From Spirillospora sp. (GTDB lineage: Bacteria; Actinomycetota; Actinomycetes; Streptosporangiales; Streptosporangiaceae), in NCBI GenBank assembly GCA_036564055.1, contig DATCLF010000105.1:1-57396 (forward strand): a DNA stretch of 57,396 bases, written 5' to 3'. The notes below the pieces were generated by a model. That model ran no database searches and was not told where the DNA came from. It saw nothing but the letters and a program-made list of their open reading frames with translations. Below, one piece after another: positions 29,319-37,832 of the stretch; position 1 is the first letter of the stretch; each line of letters opens with the position of its first letter. Made by a program: the position numbers and the translations under genes.

Positions 29319-29987
29319 GTGGCCGTGAGTGACGTTCCCCTGAGGGTCATGGTCGTCGACGACCATCCGATGTGGCGCGACGCGGTCGCCCGCGACCTCG
29401 CGGAGGCCGGGTACGACGTGGTCGCGACCACGGGCGAGGGGCGCGCCGCCATCCGCGCCGCGGCCGCCGCGCGCCCGCAGGTCGCGGTCGTCGACCTCCG
29501 GCTCCCCGACATCGGCGGGGTGGAGGTGACCCGCCGTCTCGCCGCCGCCGATCCGCCGGTGCGGGTCCTGGTGCTGTCGGCGAGCGGCGAGCAGCAGGAC
29601 GTGCTGGACGCGGTGAAGGCGGGCGCGACCGGCTATCTGCTGAAGTCCGCGGCGCGGGAGGAGTTCCTGGACGCCGTCCGGCGCACCGGGGAGGGGGACG
29701 CGGTGTTCACCCCCGGCCTGGCCGGGCTGGTCCTCGGCGAGTACCGCAGGCTCGCCTCCGGCGCCGGACGCGAGGACGACGACGCGCCGCGCCTGACCGA
29801 GCGCGAGACCGAGGTGCTGCGGCTCGTCGCGAAGGGGCTGACGTACAAGCAGATCGCGCAGCGTCTCGTCCTGTCGCACCGGACGGTGCAGAACCACGTG
29901 CAGAACACGCTGCGCAAGCTTCAGCTCCACAACCGCGTCGAGCTCGTCCGCTACGCCATCGAGAAGGGCCTCGACCTCGACCGGTGA
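29319..29987 (+). CDS. macR: NarL/LuxR family response regulator (MacR-type)
   Basis: VDDHPMWRD, LTERETEVL...TVQNHVQN HTH. Confidence 0.82.
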   Translation: MAVSDVPLRVMVVDDHPMWRDAVARDLAEAGYDVVATTGEGRAAIRAAAAARPQVAVVDLRLPDIGGVEVTRRLAAADPPVRVLVLSASGEQQDVLDAVKAGATGYLLKSAAREEFLDAVRRTGEGDAVFTPGLAGLVLGEYRRLASGAGREDDDAPRLTERETEVLRLVAKGLTYKQIAQRLVLSHRTVQNHVQNTLRKLQLHNRVELVRYAIEKGLDLDR

Positions 29988-30077
29988 CGAAACGGACCGT
30001 TCCACCGGCCGAACCCTGCGCGCGACCCCCGCGTCTCACAGCGTGATCATCGACGGCGCACAGGACGGGAACGTGTC

Positions 30078-31019
30078 ATGGCGGACGACATCTCGGGTGC
30101 CGCTCTCGGCCTTCTCGCGGCCTACTTCTGCCTCGGCCTCGGGGTGCTCGCGCTTCAGCTCGTCCTCCGGGCGAGGCTGCGGCGGGGACGCCCCCCGGCG
30201 CGGGAGCCGGGCGTGCACGAGCTCGCCTGCCTGCGCGGCGGTGACCGGCGGGCGATCGCGGTGTCGATCGCGGCGCTGCGGCTCGACCACGCCGTCGACG
30301 CCTTCGCCGACGGCCGGCTCCTCGCGAGCCGCCCGGGCGGCGACCGCCCTCGCACGGCCTCCGCGCCGCTGGACGAGGCGGTCTTCGAGGCGATCGCCGA
30401 GGGCCGCGCCGTCACGCTCGACGACCTCGCCGGCGATCGGGGCGTCGAGGCGGAGCTCGGCCGGCTCCGCGCGGGGCTGGTCGCGCAGGGCCTGCTGACC
30501 GACCCGCGGGCGCGGCGCCGGCTGGTGACCGTCCAGGCGGTCATGCTGGTGTGGGTGATCGCCGGCCTTAAGATCTTCATCGAGGAGGGGCTCTTCTCCG
30601 GCGTGCCGGGCGTCCTCGTCCCGGTGCTGGTCCTCGGGCCGCCGGGCCTGGCGGGTCTCGCGTTCGGGGCGGGCCGCAAGCCGACCCGGGAGGGCGCCAG
30701 GGTCGCGGAGCGGCACAGGAGGGTCCACGCGCGCCTCGACCCCGGGAACATCGGCCGGGACGCGGCCTCCAGGGACTCGTTCACCGCGGGGGACTTCCTG
30801 CTCGGCCTAGCCCTCCACGGCGCGCCGGCGGTGCGGACGTTCGATCCCGACTTCGCCCGGACCTCGGGACTCGACCGTTACCTGGAGACGGGCCAGGCCC
30901 CGGACGCCCCGGACGACGAGCCGGGCGGGACCGCCCTGCCGGCGAACGCCCGGCCGGCGCCGTCCGAGGCCGACGCCGGGGGCCCGCACGCCCGAAGCTC
31001 CGACGGCCGCACGCGGTGA
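30078..31019 (+). CDS. TIGR04222-like membrane protein
   Basis: N-terminal TM, HELACLRGG, PLDEAV, LVAQGLL, PTREG motif pattern. Confidence 0.65.
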   Translation: MADDISGAALGLLAAYFCLGLGVLALQLVLRARLRRGRPPAREPGVHELACLRGGDRRAIAVSIAALRLDHAVDAFADGRLLASRPGGDRPRTASAPLDEAVFEAIAEGRAVTLDDLAGDRGVEAELGRLRAGLVAQGLLTDPRARRRLVTVQAVMLVWVIAGLKIFIEEGLFSGVPGVLVPVLVLGPPGLAGLAFGAGRKPTREGARVAERHRRVHARLDPGNIGRDAASRDSFTAGDFLLGLALHGAPAVRTFDPDFARTSGLDRYLETGQAPDAPDDEPGGTALPANARPAPSEADAGGPHARSSDGRTR

Positions 31020-31091
31020 CCGGGCCGTAGGGGCGCCGGCCACCCGCCTCCCTTCTGCGGGGACGACGTGCGGCGGACCTCGGCGAGGGAC

Positions 31092-31107
31092 TATGGTCTA
31101 GACCAAT
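31092..31107. promoter_or_regulatory. DasR-responsive element (dre)-like GntR operator upstream of pfkA
   Basis: TATGGTCTAGACCAAT versus consensus ANTGGTCTAGACCANT. Confidence 0.75.
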
Positions 31108-31214
31108 AACGGCACGCCGGGGCCGTCGGTGAATGCCCCGGCCGGCCGTGCCCGGACGGTTAGTCTGGCCATGTCAATCGAGGGAGGAGCCCGGTGGCGG
31201 GAGAAGGAGACGGC

Positions 31215-32240
31215 ATGCGCGTCGGAGTACTGACCGGAGGCGGTGACTGCCCCGGACTGAACGCGGTGATCCGCGCGGTCGTGCGCAAGGGCGTCCAGGT
31301 CTTCGGCTATGAGTTCGTGGGCTTCAGGTCCGGCTGGCGCGGGCCTCTCGAAGGCGACACCGTCGCCCTGGACGTGCAGGCGGTCCGGGGCATCCTGCCG
31401 CGCGGTGGAACGATCCTCGGCTCGTCGCGGACGAACCCGCTCAAGGTCGAGGGCGGCGTCGAGCGGATCAAGGACAACCTCGCCGGCCTCGGCGTCGACG
31501 CGCTGATCGCGATCGGCGGCGAGGACACCCTCGGCGTCGCGCGCGAGCTGCACGCGAGCGGCGTCAACGTCGTCGGCGTCCCGAAGACGATCGACAACGA
31601 CCTCAACGCGACCGACTACACGTTCGGCTTCGACACCGCGGTGAACATCGGCATGGAGGCCGTCGACCGGCTGCACACCACCGCCGAGAGCCACCACCGC
31701 GCGCTGATCTGCGAGGTCATGGGACGGCACGCGGGCTGGATCGCGCTGCACGTCGGGATGGCCGCCGGCGCCAACGTGATCCTCATCCCGGAGCGGCCGT
31801 TCGACATCGACAAGGTTGTCGAGTACGTCGAGTCCCGCTTCAAGACGCGCTACGCCCCGATCATCGTCGTCGCCGAGGGCGCGCACCCCGCCGACGGCGG
31901 GCTGCAGCTCCAGACGGGCGAGCGGGACGCGTTCGGCCACGTCCGGCTCGGCGGCATCGGCCAGGCGCTCGCCGACGAGATCGAGAAGCGGACCGGCAAG
32001 GAGGCCCGCGCCGCGGTGCTCGGGCACATCCAGCGCGGCGGCACCCCCACCGCGTTCGACCGCGTCCTCGCGACCCGCTTCGGCCTGCACGCGATCGACG
32101 CCGTCTACGACGGCGACTACGGCAAGATGGTCGCGCTCAGGGGCACCGACATCGTGCGGGTCGGCCTCGACGAGGCGACCAAGGAGCTGAAGACCGTCCC
32201 GCTGGAGCGCTATGCCGAGGCCGAGGTCTTCTTCGGCTAG
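31215..32240 (+). CDS. pfkA: 6-phosphofructokinase
   Basis: TGGGDCPG, GGEDT, PKTIDND, EVMGRHAG, GHIQRGG motifs. Confidence 0.95.
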   Translation: MRVGVLTGGGDCPGLNAVIRAVVRKGVQVFGYEFVGFRSGWRGPLEGDTVALDVQAVRGILPRGGTILGSSRTNPLKVEGGVERIKDNLAGLGVDALIAIGGEDTLGVARELHASGVNVVGVPKTIDNDLNATDYTFGFDTAVNIGMEAVDRLHTTAESHHRALICEVMGRHAGWIALHVGMAAGANVILIPERPFDIDKVVEYVESRFKTRYAPIIVVAEGAHPADGGLQLQTGERDAFGHVRLGGIGQALADEIEKRTGKEARAAVLGHIQRGGTPTAFDRVLATRFGLHAIDAVYDGDYGKMVALRGTDIVRVGLDEATKELKTVPLERYAEAEVFFG

Positions 32241-32261
32241 CTCTTCCCCGGCGGTGGGACA

Positions 32262-32346
32262 CTCCGGCGGGAACAGCGAATCCGGGTCGCGGTGTTGGCT
32301 TTCCTGAGCAACACTGGAAGCCCCTCACACCTGTTCCCGCCAGGAG
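32262..32346 (+). promoter_or_regulatory. candidate structured cis-regulatory RNA in thiI leader
   Basis: GGCGGGAACAG pairs with CTGTTCCCGCC next to the GGAGG RBS; inner GGTGTTG/CAACACT stem whose loop GCTTTCC can pair with downstream GGAAGC. Confidence 0.45.
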
Positions 32347-32354
32347 GATCCCGC

Positions 32355-33578
32355 ATGACCACGCTCGACCCCGCGCCGGCGGACGTCCGCGAGCAGCCGC
32401 CGGTCGACGGCGAGCCGTGCGTTCTGCTCAAGCTGGGCGAGGTCGTCCTCAAGGGCAAGAACCGCGAGCAGTTCGAGCGTCGCCTCGCCGACAACGTCCG
32501 CGCGGCGGTCCGTCCGATCGCCAGGGTGGACGTCGTCCGGCGGCACGGCGTCTTCATCGTCCGCAAGCACGACGCCGACCTCGCCACGATCGAGCGGATC
32601 GCGGCGCGGGTCTGCGACGTCATGGGCATCGTGTGGGCGCATCGCGCCTGGCGGGTCGGCAAGGACGTCGAAAGCGTCGAGCGCGCGGCGCTGGAGCTGA
32701 TGGACGGGCGGACCGGCACCTTCGCCGTCCGGTCCCGCCGCCGCGACAAGCGGTTCCCGATGACCTCCACCGAGCTGGACCGGCACATCGGCGCGCTCGT
32801 CGCGGGCCGCTACGGGCTGCCCGTCAAGCTCAAGGACCCCGACCACACGCTGTCGATCGAGGTCGACCGGGACGAGGTGTTCGTGTACTCCGGAGGCATG
32901 CCCGGCCAGGGCGGCCTGCCGGTCGGGATGAGCGGCCGCGCGCTCGTGCTGCTGTCGGGCGGCATCGACTCGCCCGTCGCCGCGTACCGGATGATGCGCC
33001 GCGGCCTGCGGGTCGACTACCTGCACTTCTCCGGCATGCCGTTCACCGGCCCCGAGTCGATCTACAAGGCGTACGCGCTGGTCCGCGAGCTGGACAGGTT
33101 CCAGGGCGGGTCCCGCCTGTTCGTCGTCCCGTTCGGCAAGGCGCAGCAGCAGATCAAGACCTCGGGCGCCGACCGGCTCGCGGTCGTCGCGCAGCGCCGG
33201 CTGATGCTGCGCACCGGCCAGATCGTCGCCCGCCGCCTGCGCGGCGCCGCGCTGATCACCGGTGACGCCCTCGGCCAGGTGTCCAGCCAGACGCTGGCCA
33301 ACATCACCGCGCTGGACGACGCGGTCGACCTGCCGATCCTGCGTCCCCTCGTCGGCATGGACAAGGTCGAGATCATGGACCAGGCGCGCCGCATCGGCAC
33401 CCTGCCAATCTCCGAGCTTCCCGACGAGGACTGCTGCACCCTCCTCGCGCCCCGCCGCGCGGAGACCAAGGCCAAGATCGACGATCTGCACCAGCTCGAC
33501 AGGCGCCTCGACGCCGACGAGCTGGCCGAGCAGCTCGCCGCCTCGGTCCAGGAGCACCGGCCCGTCTACGGCGCCTGA
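32355..33578 (+). CDS. thiI: tRNA 4-thiouridine synthase ThiI (THUMP + PP-loop, no rhodanese domain)
   Basis: GEVVLKGKNR, GGLPVG, LLSGGIDS PP-loop, GQVSSQT, EDCC motifs. Confidence 0.92.
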   Translation: MTTLDPAPADVREQPPVDGEPCVLLKLGEVVLKGKNREQFERRLADNVRAAVRPIARVDVVRRHGVFIVRKHDADLATIERIAARVCDVMGIVWAHRAWRVGKDVESVERAALELMDGRTGTFAVRSRRRDKRFPMTSTELDRHIGALVAGRYGLPVKLKDPDHTLSIEVDRDEVFVYSGGMPGQGGLPVGMSGRALVLLSGGIDSPVAAYRMMRRGLRVDYLHFSGMPFTGPESIYKAYALVRELDRFQGGSRLFVVPFGKAQQQIKTSGADRLAVVAQRRLMLRTGQIVARRLRGAALITGDALGQVSSQTLANITALDDAVDLPILRPLVGMDKVEIMDQARRIGTLPISELPDEDCCTLLAPRRAETKAKIDDLHQLDRRLDADELAEQLAASVQEHRPVYGA

Positions 33579-33591
33579 CGGGCCCGGCCGC

Positions 33592-33627
33592 CGGGAGAAC
33601 CCCTCCGGTGTCGGTGGGGTCCTCCCG
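33592..33627. terminator. hairpin between convergent thiI and DUF5954 genes
   Basis: GGGAGAACCCC...GGGGTCCTCCC imperfect stem. Confidence 0.5.
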
Positions 33628-34512
33628 CTAGTACCTCGCGTCGAAGTCGGCCGGGCGCGGAGGTTCCGGGCCGTCCGGGCTCATCAGCGTGATGCGCTCC
33701 ACCCGGACGATGCGGAAACGGCGCCCGGCGACGGCGATGCCGTTGCGGCGGGGCTCGGCCTCCATCACGTCGGCGGCCTCGGCGAACGCGGCGAGGTCGG
33801 CGTCGCCGGGGCTCTCCACGGCGGGCACGATGTGACGGAAGTAGGTGACGAGCGACTCGCGGGCCTGCCGCGGGGTGTCGTGCAGCCGCCCGACGGGACG
33901 CCACCGCCGGTCGCTGCGCTCGGCCACGGTGAACGCGGGCGCGAGCGAGACCGGGGTGAGGAACGCGCCGTTCGGCTCGTTGCCCTCGGCGGCCGCGGCG
34001 TCCAGCACCTGGCACAGCAGCTCCGCGGTCACGAGGTCGGACGCCGGGCCGTCCTCGGGCAGGAACTCCAGGCGCGGCCCGGGACGGGTGTCCAGGTCGG
34101 TCGGGCGCGGCGGCTCCGGCCCGTCCGGCCCGGTCCGGACGAGCTGCTCGATGCGCACGATCCGCAGCCGGCGCCCGCCCGCGGTCACCTCGTCGGCGGA
34201 CCCGTCGCGCAGCTCCCACGCGGCGTCGCGCAGCTCCGCCGCCTCCGCGGCGTCCGCGTCGACGGCGAGATCCTCCAGCCGGTCGGCGAGGAGCTCGCGC
34301 GCGCCCTGTGGCAGCGGGTCGCTGGGGCAGACGACCTGCCAGCCTCCCGGCCTCTGCTCGGCGGCGGTGAACAGCGTGCCCACCACCACCAGCTCGGGGT
34401 ACGCGGACAGGGCCCGGCAGGCGTCCGCCAGCATCACCGCGGCGACCGGGTCGACATCGTCGAGGTTCTCCGGGAACAGCCTTCCACCGGCGTCACCATC
34501 GCCCGTTGTCAT
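33628..34512 (-). CDS. DUF5954-like protein with internal duplication
   Basis: Two copies of (G)RRxRIVRxE...GP/SP-DGPEPPRPxDxD. Leaderless ATG 34512 inferred from TTGGCG-N17-GATGAT. Confidence 0.7.
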   Translation of the reverse strand: MTTGDGDAGGRLFPENLDDVDPVAAVMLADACRALSAYPELVVVGTLFTAAEQRPGGWQVVCPSDPLPQGARELLADRLEDLAVDADAAEAAELRDAAWELRDGSADEVTAGGRRLRIVRIEQLVRTGPDGPEPPRPTDLDTRPGPRLEFLPEDGPASDLVTAELLCQVLDAAAAEGNEPNGAFLTPVSLAPAFTVAERSDRRWRPVGRLHDTPRQARESLVTYFRHIVPAVESPGDADLAAFAEAADVMEAEPRRNGIAVAGRRFRIVRVERITLMSPDGPEPPRPADFDARY

Positions 34513-34546
34513 GCCGGACATCATCCCCGGCGTAGCCGCTCGCGCC

Positions 34547-34562
34547 AATGGTCCAGACCAAT
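34547..34562. promoter_or_regulatory. dre-like operator abutting the -35 of the DUF5954 gene
   Basis: AATGGTCCAGACCAAT, one mismatch to ANTGGTCTAGACCANT. Confidence 0.7.
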
Positions 34563-34565
34563 TTG

Positions 34566-35585
34566 TTACCCCGTAATGCGGTGGTTCCTGGACTTTCTGG
34601 GCGCTTTACGCGGTCTGGCGGGCACGACGAGGACGACGAGTCCCGCGGCCAGGACCCCCAGCCCGGCCGCCGCGACGCCGTCCAGCCTCTCGTGCAGCAG
34701 GACGGTTCCGAGCACCGCGGCCACGGCCGGTTCCGCGAGCGTCAGCGTCGTCGCCGTCGTGGCGGGCGTGGTGCGCAGGCCCCGGGCGAACAGCAGGTAG
34801 CCGAGGCCCGTGGTGACCACGCCGAGGTAGAGCGCGATGAGCGCGCCCCGCCCGGTGAGCAGCCACCGCGCCGGCCCGGCCGGCAGGACCGGCGCCAGCA
34901 GCACGGCGGCCGTCGTGAACAGCGCCGCCGCGACCGCCCGGTCGTCCTCGCCCCGGGCGATGAGGACGGACGCCGCCGTCGCGTACGCCGCGTACGACAG
35001 CCCGGCCGCCAGGGCGAGCGCGATGCCCGCCGGGTCCGCGCCGGTGTCCCGGGCGCCGCCGCCGACGAGCAGGACGCAGCCCGTCACGGCCGCGCAGGTG
35101 CCCGCCGCCCAGCGTCCGGTGAGGGAGCCGCGCCGCGTCACCAGGCCGATCAGCCCGGCGAACACGGGCGCGCTGCCGATCGTGACGATCGTGCCGGTGG
35201 CCACGCCCGTGCGGTCGGCGGCGGCGAAGAAGGCGGTCTGGTACGCGGCGACCGCGGCGCCGCCGAGGGCGATGAGCGGGCGGTTGCGGCGCGCGGCGAC
35301 CAGGCGGCGCAGTCCCTCGCCGCGGCGGACGGCCACGGCGGCGGCGAGCAGCGCCAGGCCGCCGACGACGATGCGGACCGCGGCGACGGAGAAGGGGGTC
35401 GATCCGTCCGCGTAGGACTGGACGGTGCCCGTCGTCCCCCACAGGGACGCCGCCGCGAGGATGCCGGCGGCACCGCCCCGCCGGAGGCGTGCGGACGCGT
35501 CGTCTCCGGACGCGCGCCGCGGGAACGGACGCCGGGACACGAAACGCCGAGGCACAGAGCGGCGGAACACAAAGCGCTGGGACAC
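34566..35585 (-). CDS. EamA/DMT family transporter
   Basis: LWGTTG, AYQTAFF, TLAEPAVA; about ten TM helices; GTG 35585 after AGGAG. Confidence 0.85.
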   Translation of the reverse strand: MSQRFVFRRSVPRRFVSRRPFPRRASGDDASARLRRGGAAGILAAASLWGTTGTVQSYADGSTPFSVAAVRIVVGGLALLAAAVAVRRGEGLRRLVAARRNRPLIALGGAAVAAYQTAFFAAADRTGVATGTIVTIGSAPVFAGLIGLVTRRGSLTGRWAAGTCAAVTGCVLLVGGGARDTGADPAGIALALAAGLSYAAYATAASVLIARGEDDRAVAAALFTTAAVLLAPVLPAGPARWLLTGRGALIALYLGVVTTGLGYLLFARGLRTTPATTATTLTLAEPAVAAVLGTVLLHERLDGVAAAGLGVLAAGLVVLVVPARPRKAPRKSRNHRITG

Positions 35586-35741
35586 GGAAGGACTCCTGAG
35601 CTCGAATCGGGACGGGGAGATCCGGATTCGGGGCGCAGGAACGCGCGGCCCGGGCACATGCCGTCCCGGGCCGCGCGGAACGTCGCTCGCGTGTCGGATC
35701 CGAACGTCGGATCGTGGAACGTGCGGTGGCCCGCGCCCCGG

Positions 35742-35783
35742 TCAGGAGCGCGGCGGCCCGCAGTTCGGAGTCCAGTACGCCAT
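35742..35783 (-). CDS. putative leaderless leader peptide MAYWTPNCGPPRS
   Basis: -10 TATCGT (35796-35791), 7 nt, ATG; stop lies within a CCGCGCTCC/GGGGCGCGG hairpin. Confidence 0.55.
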   Translation of the reverse strand: MAYWTPNCGPPRS

Positions 35784-35801
35784 GATGTGGACGATACCCG
35801 G

Positions 35802-36848
35802 TCAGGCCGGGACGGCGTCGGAGTCCTCGGCCCGGGTGAGGGACCGGCCGACGAGCGGCGGCAGGTCGCGCACGAGCCGGGCGAGCTCGCGCAGGTCGCC
35901 GTCCACCAGCGCCTGCGGCCCGTCGCACAGCGCGGTCTCCGGGTGCGGGTGCACGTCCAGGATCACGCCGTCGGCGCCCACCGCGATGGCGGCGCGGGTC
36001 AGCGGAAGGACGAGGTCGCGGCTGCCGCCCGAGTGCGACGGGTCCACGATGACCGGCAGGTGCGACAGCCGCTGCGCCACCGGCACCGCGGAGATGTCGA
36101 GGGTGTTGCGGGTGGCCTTCTCGAACGTGCGGATGCCGCGCTCGCACAGCACGATGTTGAGGTTGCCGCGCTGGGCGATGTACTCGGCGGCCATCAGCCA
36201 CTCCTCGATCGTCCCGCTCATGCCGCGCTTGAGCAGGACCGGCTTGCCGGACTCGCCGGCGGCCTGCAGCAGCGAGAAGTTCTGCGCGTTGCGGGTGCCG
36301 ATCTGCAGCATGTCCGCGTAGGACGCGACGAGGTCGACGTCGCCGGCGTCCACCACCTCGGTGACGACCGGCATGCCGGTCTCCTCCCGCACGTCCGCGA
36401 GGATCCGCAGGCCCGCCTCGCCCAGGCCCTGGAACGCGTAGGGGGACGTCCGCGGCTTGAACGCGCCGCCGCGCAGCAGCGTAGCGCCCGCCGCCTGCGC
36501 CATCTGCGCGGCGCCGAGCGTCTGCTCGGGGGTCTCCACCGCGCAGGGACCGGCGATCAGCGTCATCGTGCCGGGGCCGATCGGCACGCCGCCGACCCGG
36601 ACGACCGAGCGCTCGGCGTGGTTCTCGCGGCTCACCAGCTTGTAGGGCGCCGAGATGCGGATCACGTCGCTGACGCCGCGCATGCCGCGCAGGTTCAGCG
36701 AACCGAACTGCTGGACGTCGCCGACGAGCCCGACGATGGTCCGTTCCACGCCGCGGCTGACGAAGGCGTCTCCCCCCGCCGTCTCGACCAGTGAGACGAC
36801 GGCCTCGATGTCCGCTTCGCTGGCCTCCGGGGCCATGACGACGACCAT
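35802..36848 (-). CDS. aroF: 3-deoxy-7-phosphoheptulonate synthase, type I-beta with N-terminal regulatory domain
   Basis: IAGPCAVE, GGAFKPRTSPYAFQGLG, QIGTRN, LKRG, DPSH motifs. Confidence 0.93.
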   Translation of the reverse strand: MVVVMAPEASEADIEAVVSLVETAGGDAFVSRGVERTIVGLVGDVQQFGSLNLRGMRGVSDVIRISAPYKLVSRENHAERSVVRVGGVPIGPGTMTLIAGPCAVETPEQTLGAAQMAQAAGATLLRGGAFKPRTSPYAFQGLGEAGLRILADVREETGMPVVTEVVDAGDVDLVASYADMLQIGTRNAQNFSLLQAAGESGKPVLLKRGMSGTIEEWLMAAEYIAQRGNLNIVLCERGIRTFEKATRNTLDISAVPVAQRLSHLPVIVDPSHSGGSRDLVLPLTRAAIAVGADGVILDVHPHPETALCDGPQALVDGDLRELARLVRDLPPLVGRSLTRAEDSDAVPA

Positions 36849-36902
36849 GACTGCTGCCCTTCTGCTCCGCCCGGGACCGAGGTGACCCGCGGCCATCGGT
36901 GA

Positions 36903-36942
36903 AAACGGCGAAGGCCCCGGGCCGACCAGCCCGGGGCCTTTT
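36903..36942 (-). terminator. attenuator terminator upstream of aroF
   Basis: Minus strand AAGGCCCCGGG-CTGGTCGG-CCCGGGGCCTT followed by CGCCGTTTTC. Confidence 0.8.
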
Positions 36943-36957
36943 CCGTTCCGTGGTCTG

Positions 36958-37026
36958 TCAGAGCAACGTCCGGCAGACCAGCCGCCCGGGCTGGTCGAGC
37001 CAAAAGAAATACACGACGTTGCGCAC
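36958..37026 (-). CDS. aromatic amino acid leader peptide MRNVVYFFWLDQPGRLVCRTLL
   Basis: Leaderless GTG 6 nt after -10 TAACCT; consecutive TAT TTC TTT TGG codons; antiterminator complementarity to the downstream terminator. Confidence 0.8.
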   Translation of the reverse strand: MRNVVYFFWLDQPGRLVCRTLL

Positions 37027-37112
37027 GGGGACAGGTTAGCCGACGCCGCGACGCGTGCGCACGCGACCCCGAATATGGCTCAGCTCACCCCGGATGGCAG
37101 GATGGCGGCGTC

Positions 37113-37736
37113 ATGTCCGACCCCGAAGAACCCGCGCGGTCGTCGCGCGACCTGCCGCCCGGCCAGTACGTCCCGAGGGACTGGCCCGTCCTCCACTACG
37201 GCCCCGTGCCGAAGTTCCGTCCCAAGGAGTGGGATTTCCGGGTCTTCGGCGCCACGGCGTCCGGCGGGCAGCACCGCTGGACGTGGGAGGAGTTCGAGGC
37301 GCTCCCGAGAACCCGCGTGGTCGCCGACTTCCACTGCGTGACCAAGTTCAGCATCCTGGACAACGCGTGGGAGGGGGTGCCCGGGTCGACGATCGTGGAG
37401 CTGGCTCCGCCCGCGCCGGACGTCACGCACGTGATGATCTGGGCCGAGTACGGATACAGCGCCAACATCCGGATGAGCGACTTCCTCGCCGAGAGCACGG
37501 TCTTCGCCACTCATCGCAACGGGGAGCGGCTCACCCCCGACCACGGTTTCCCTCTCCGGATCGTCGTCCCGCATCTGTACGCGTGGAAGAGCGTCAAGTG
37601 GGTCCGGGGCGTGGAGTACATGGTGAAGGACCGCCGCGGTTTCTGGGAGGAGCGCGGCTACCATAACGTCGCGGATCCCTGGCGGGAGCAGCGCTACTCC
37701 TACCAGGAGGAGGAAGGCGAGGCCCCGCCCCTGTGA
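37113..37736 (+). CDS. sulfite-oxidase-like molybdopterin oxidoreductase
   Basis: LPPGQY, DFHCVT (Mo-ligating Cys), HGFPLR, YAWKSVKW, GFWEERGYH. Confidence 0.9.
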   Translation: MSDPEEPARSSRDLPPGQYVPRDWPVLHYGPVPKFRPKEWDFRVFGATASGGQHRWTWEEFEALPRTRVVADFHCVTKFSILDNAWEGVPGSTIVELAPPAPDVTHVMIWAEYGYSANIRMSDFLAESTVFATHRNGERLTPDHGFPLRIVVPHLYAWKSVKWVRGVEYMVKDRRGFWEERGYHNVADPWREQRYSYQEEEGEAPPL

Positions 37737-37832
37737 GACGGGCCCGGGTGGCCATCTGCGGCCACCCGCCGGGCCTTCGTAAATCGTCAACATGCCGTCT
37801 GGCGCGCCGGACAGACGTTACCGTACGTTGTC

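Noticed and set aside
32262-32346. Cobalamin or TPP riboswitch identity for the thiI leader
   Set aside because: Fragments GGGAA, GAATCCGG and CACTGGAAG occur, but there is no B12 box or CTGAGA/ACCTGAT core; left unassigned.
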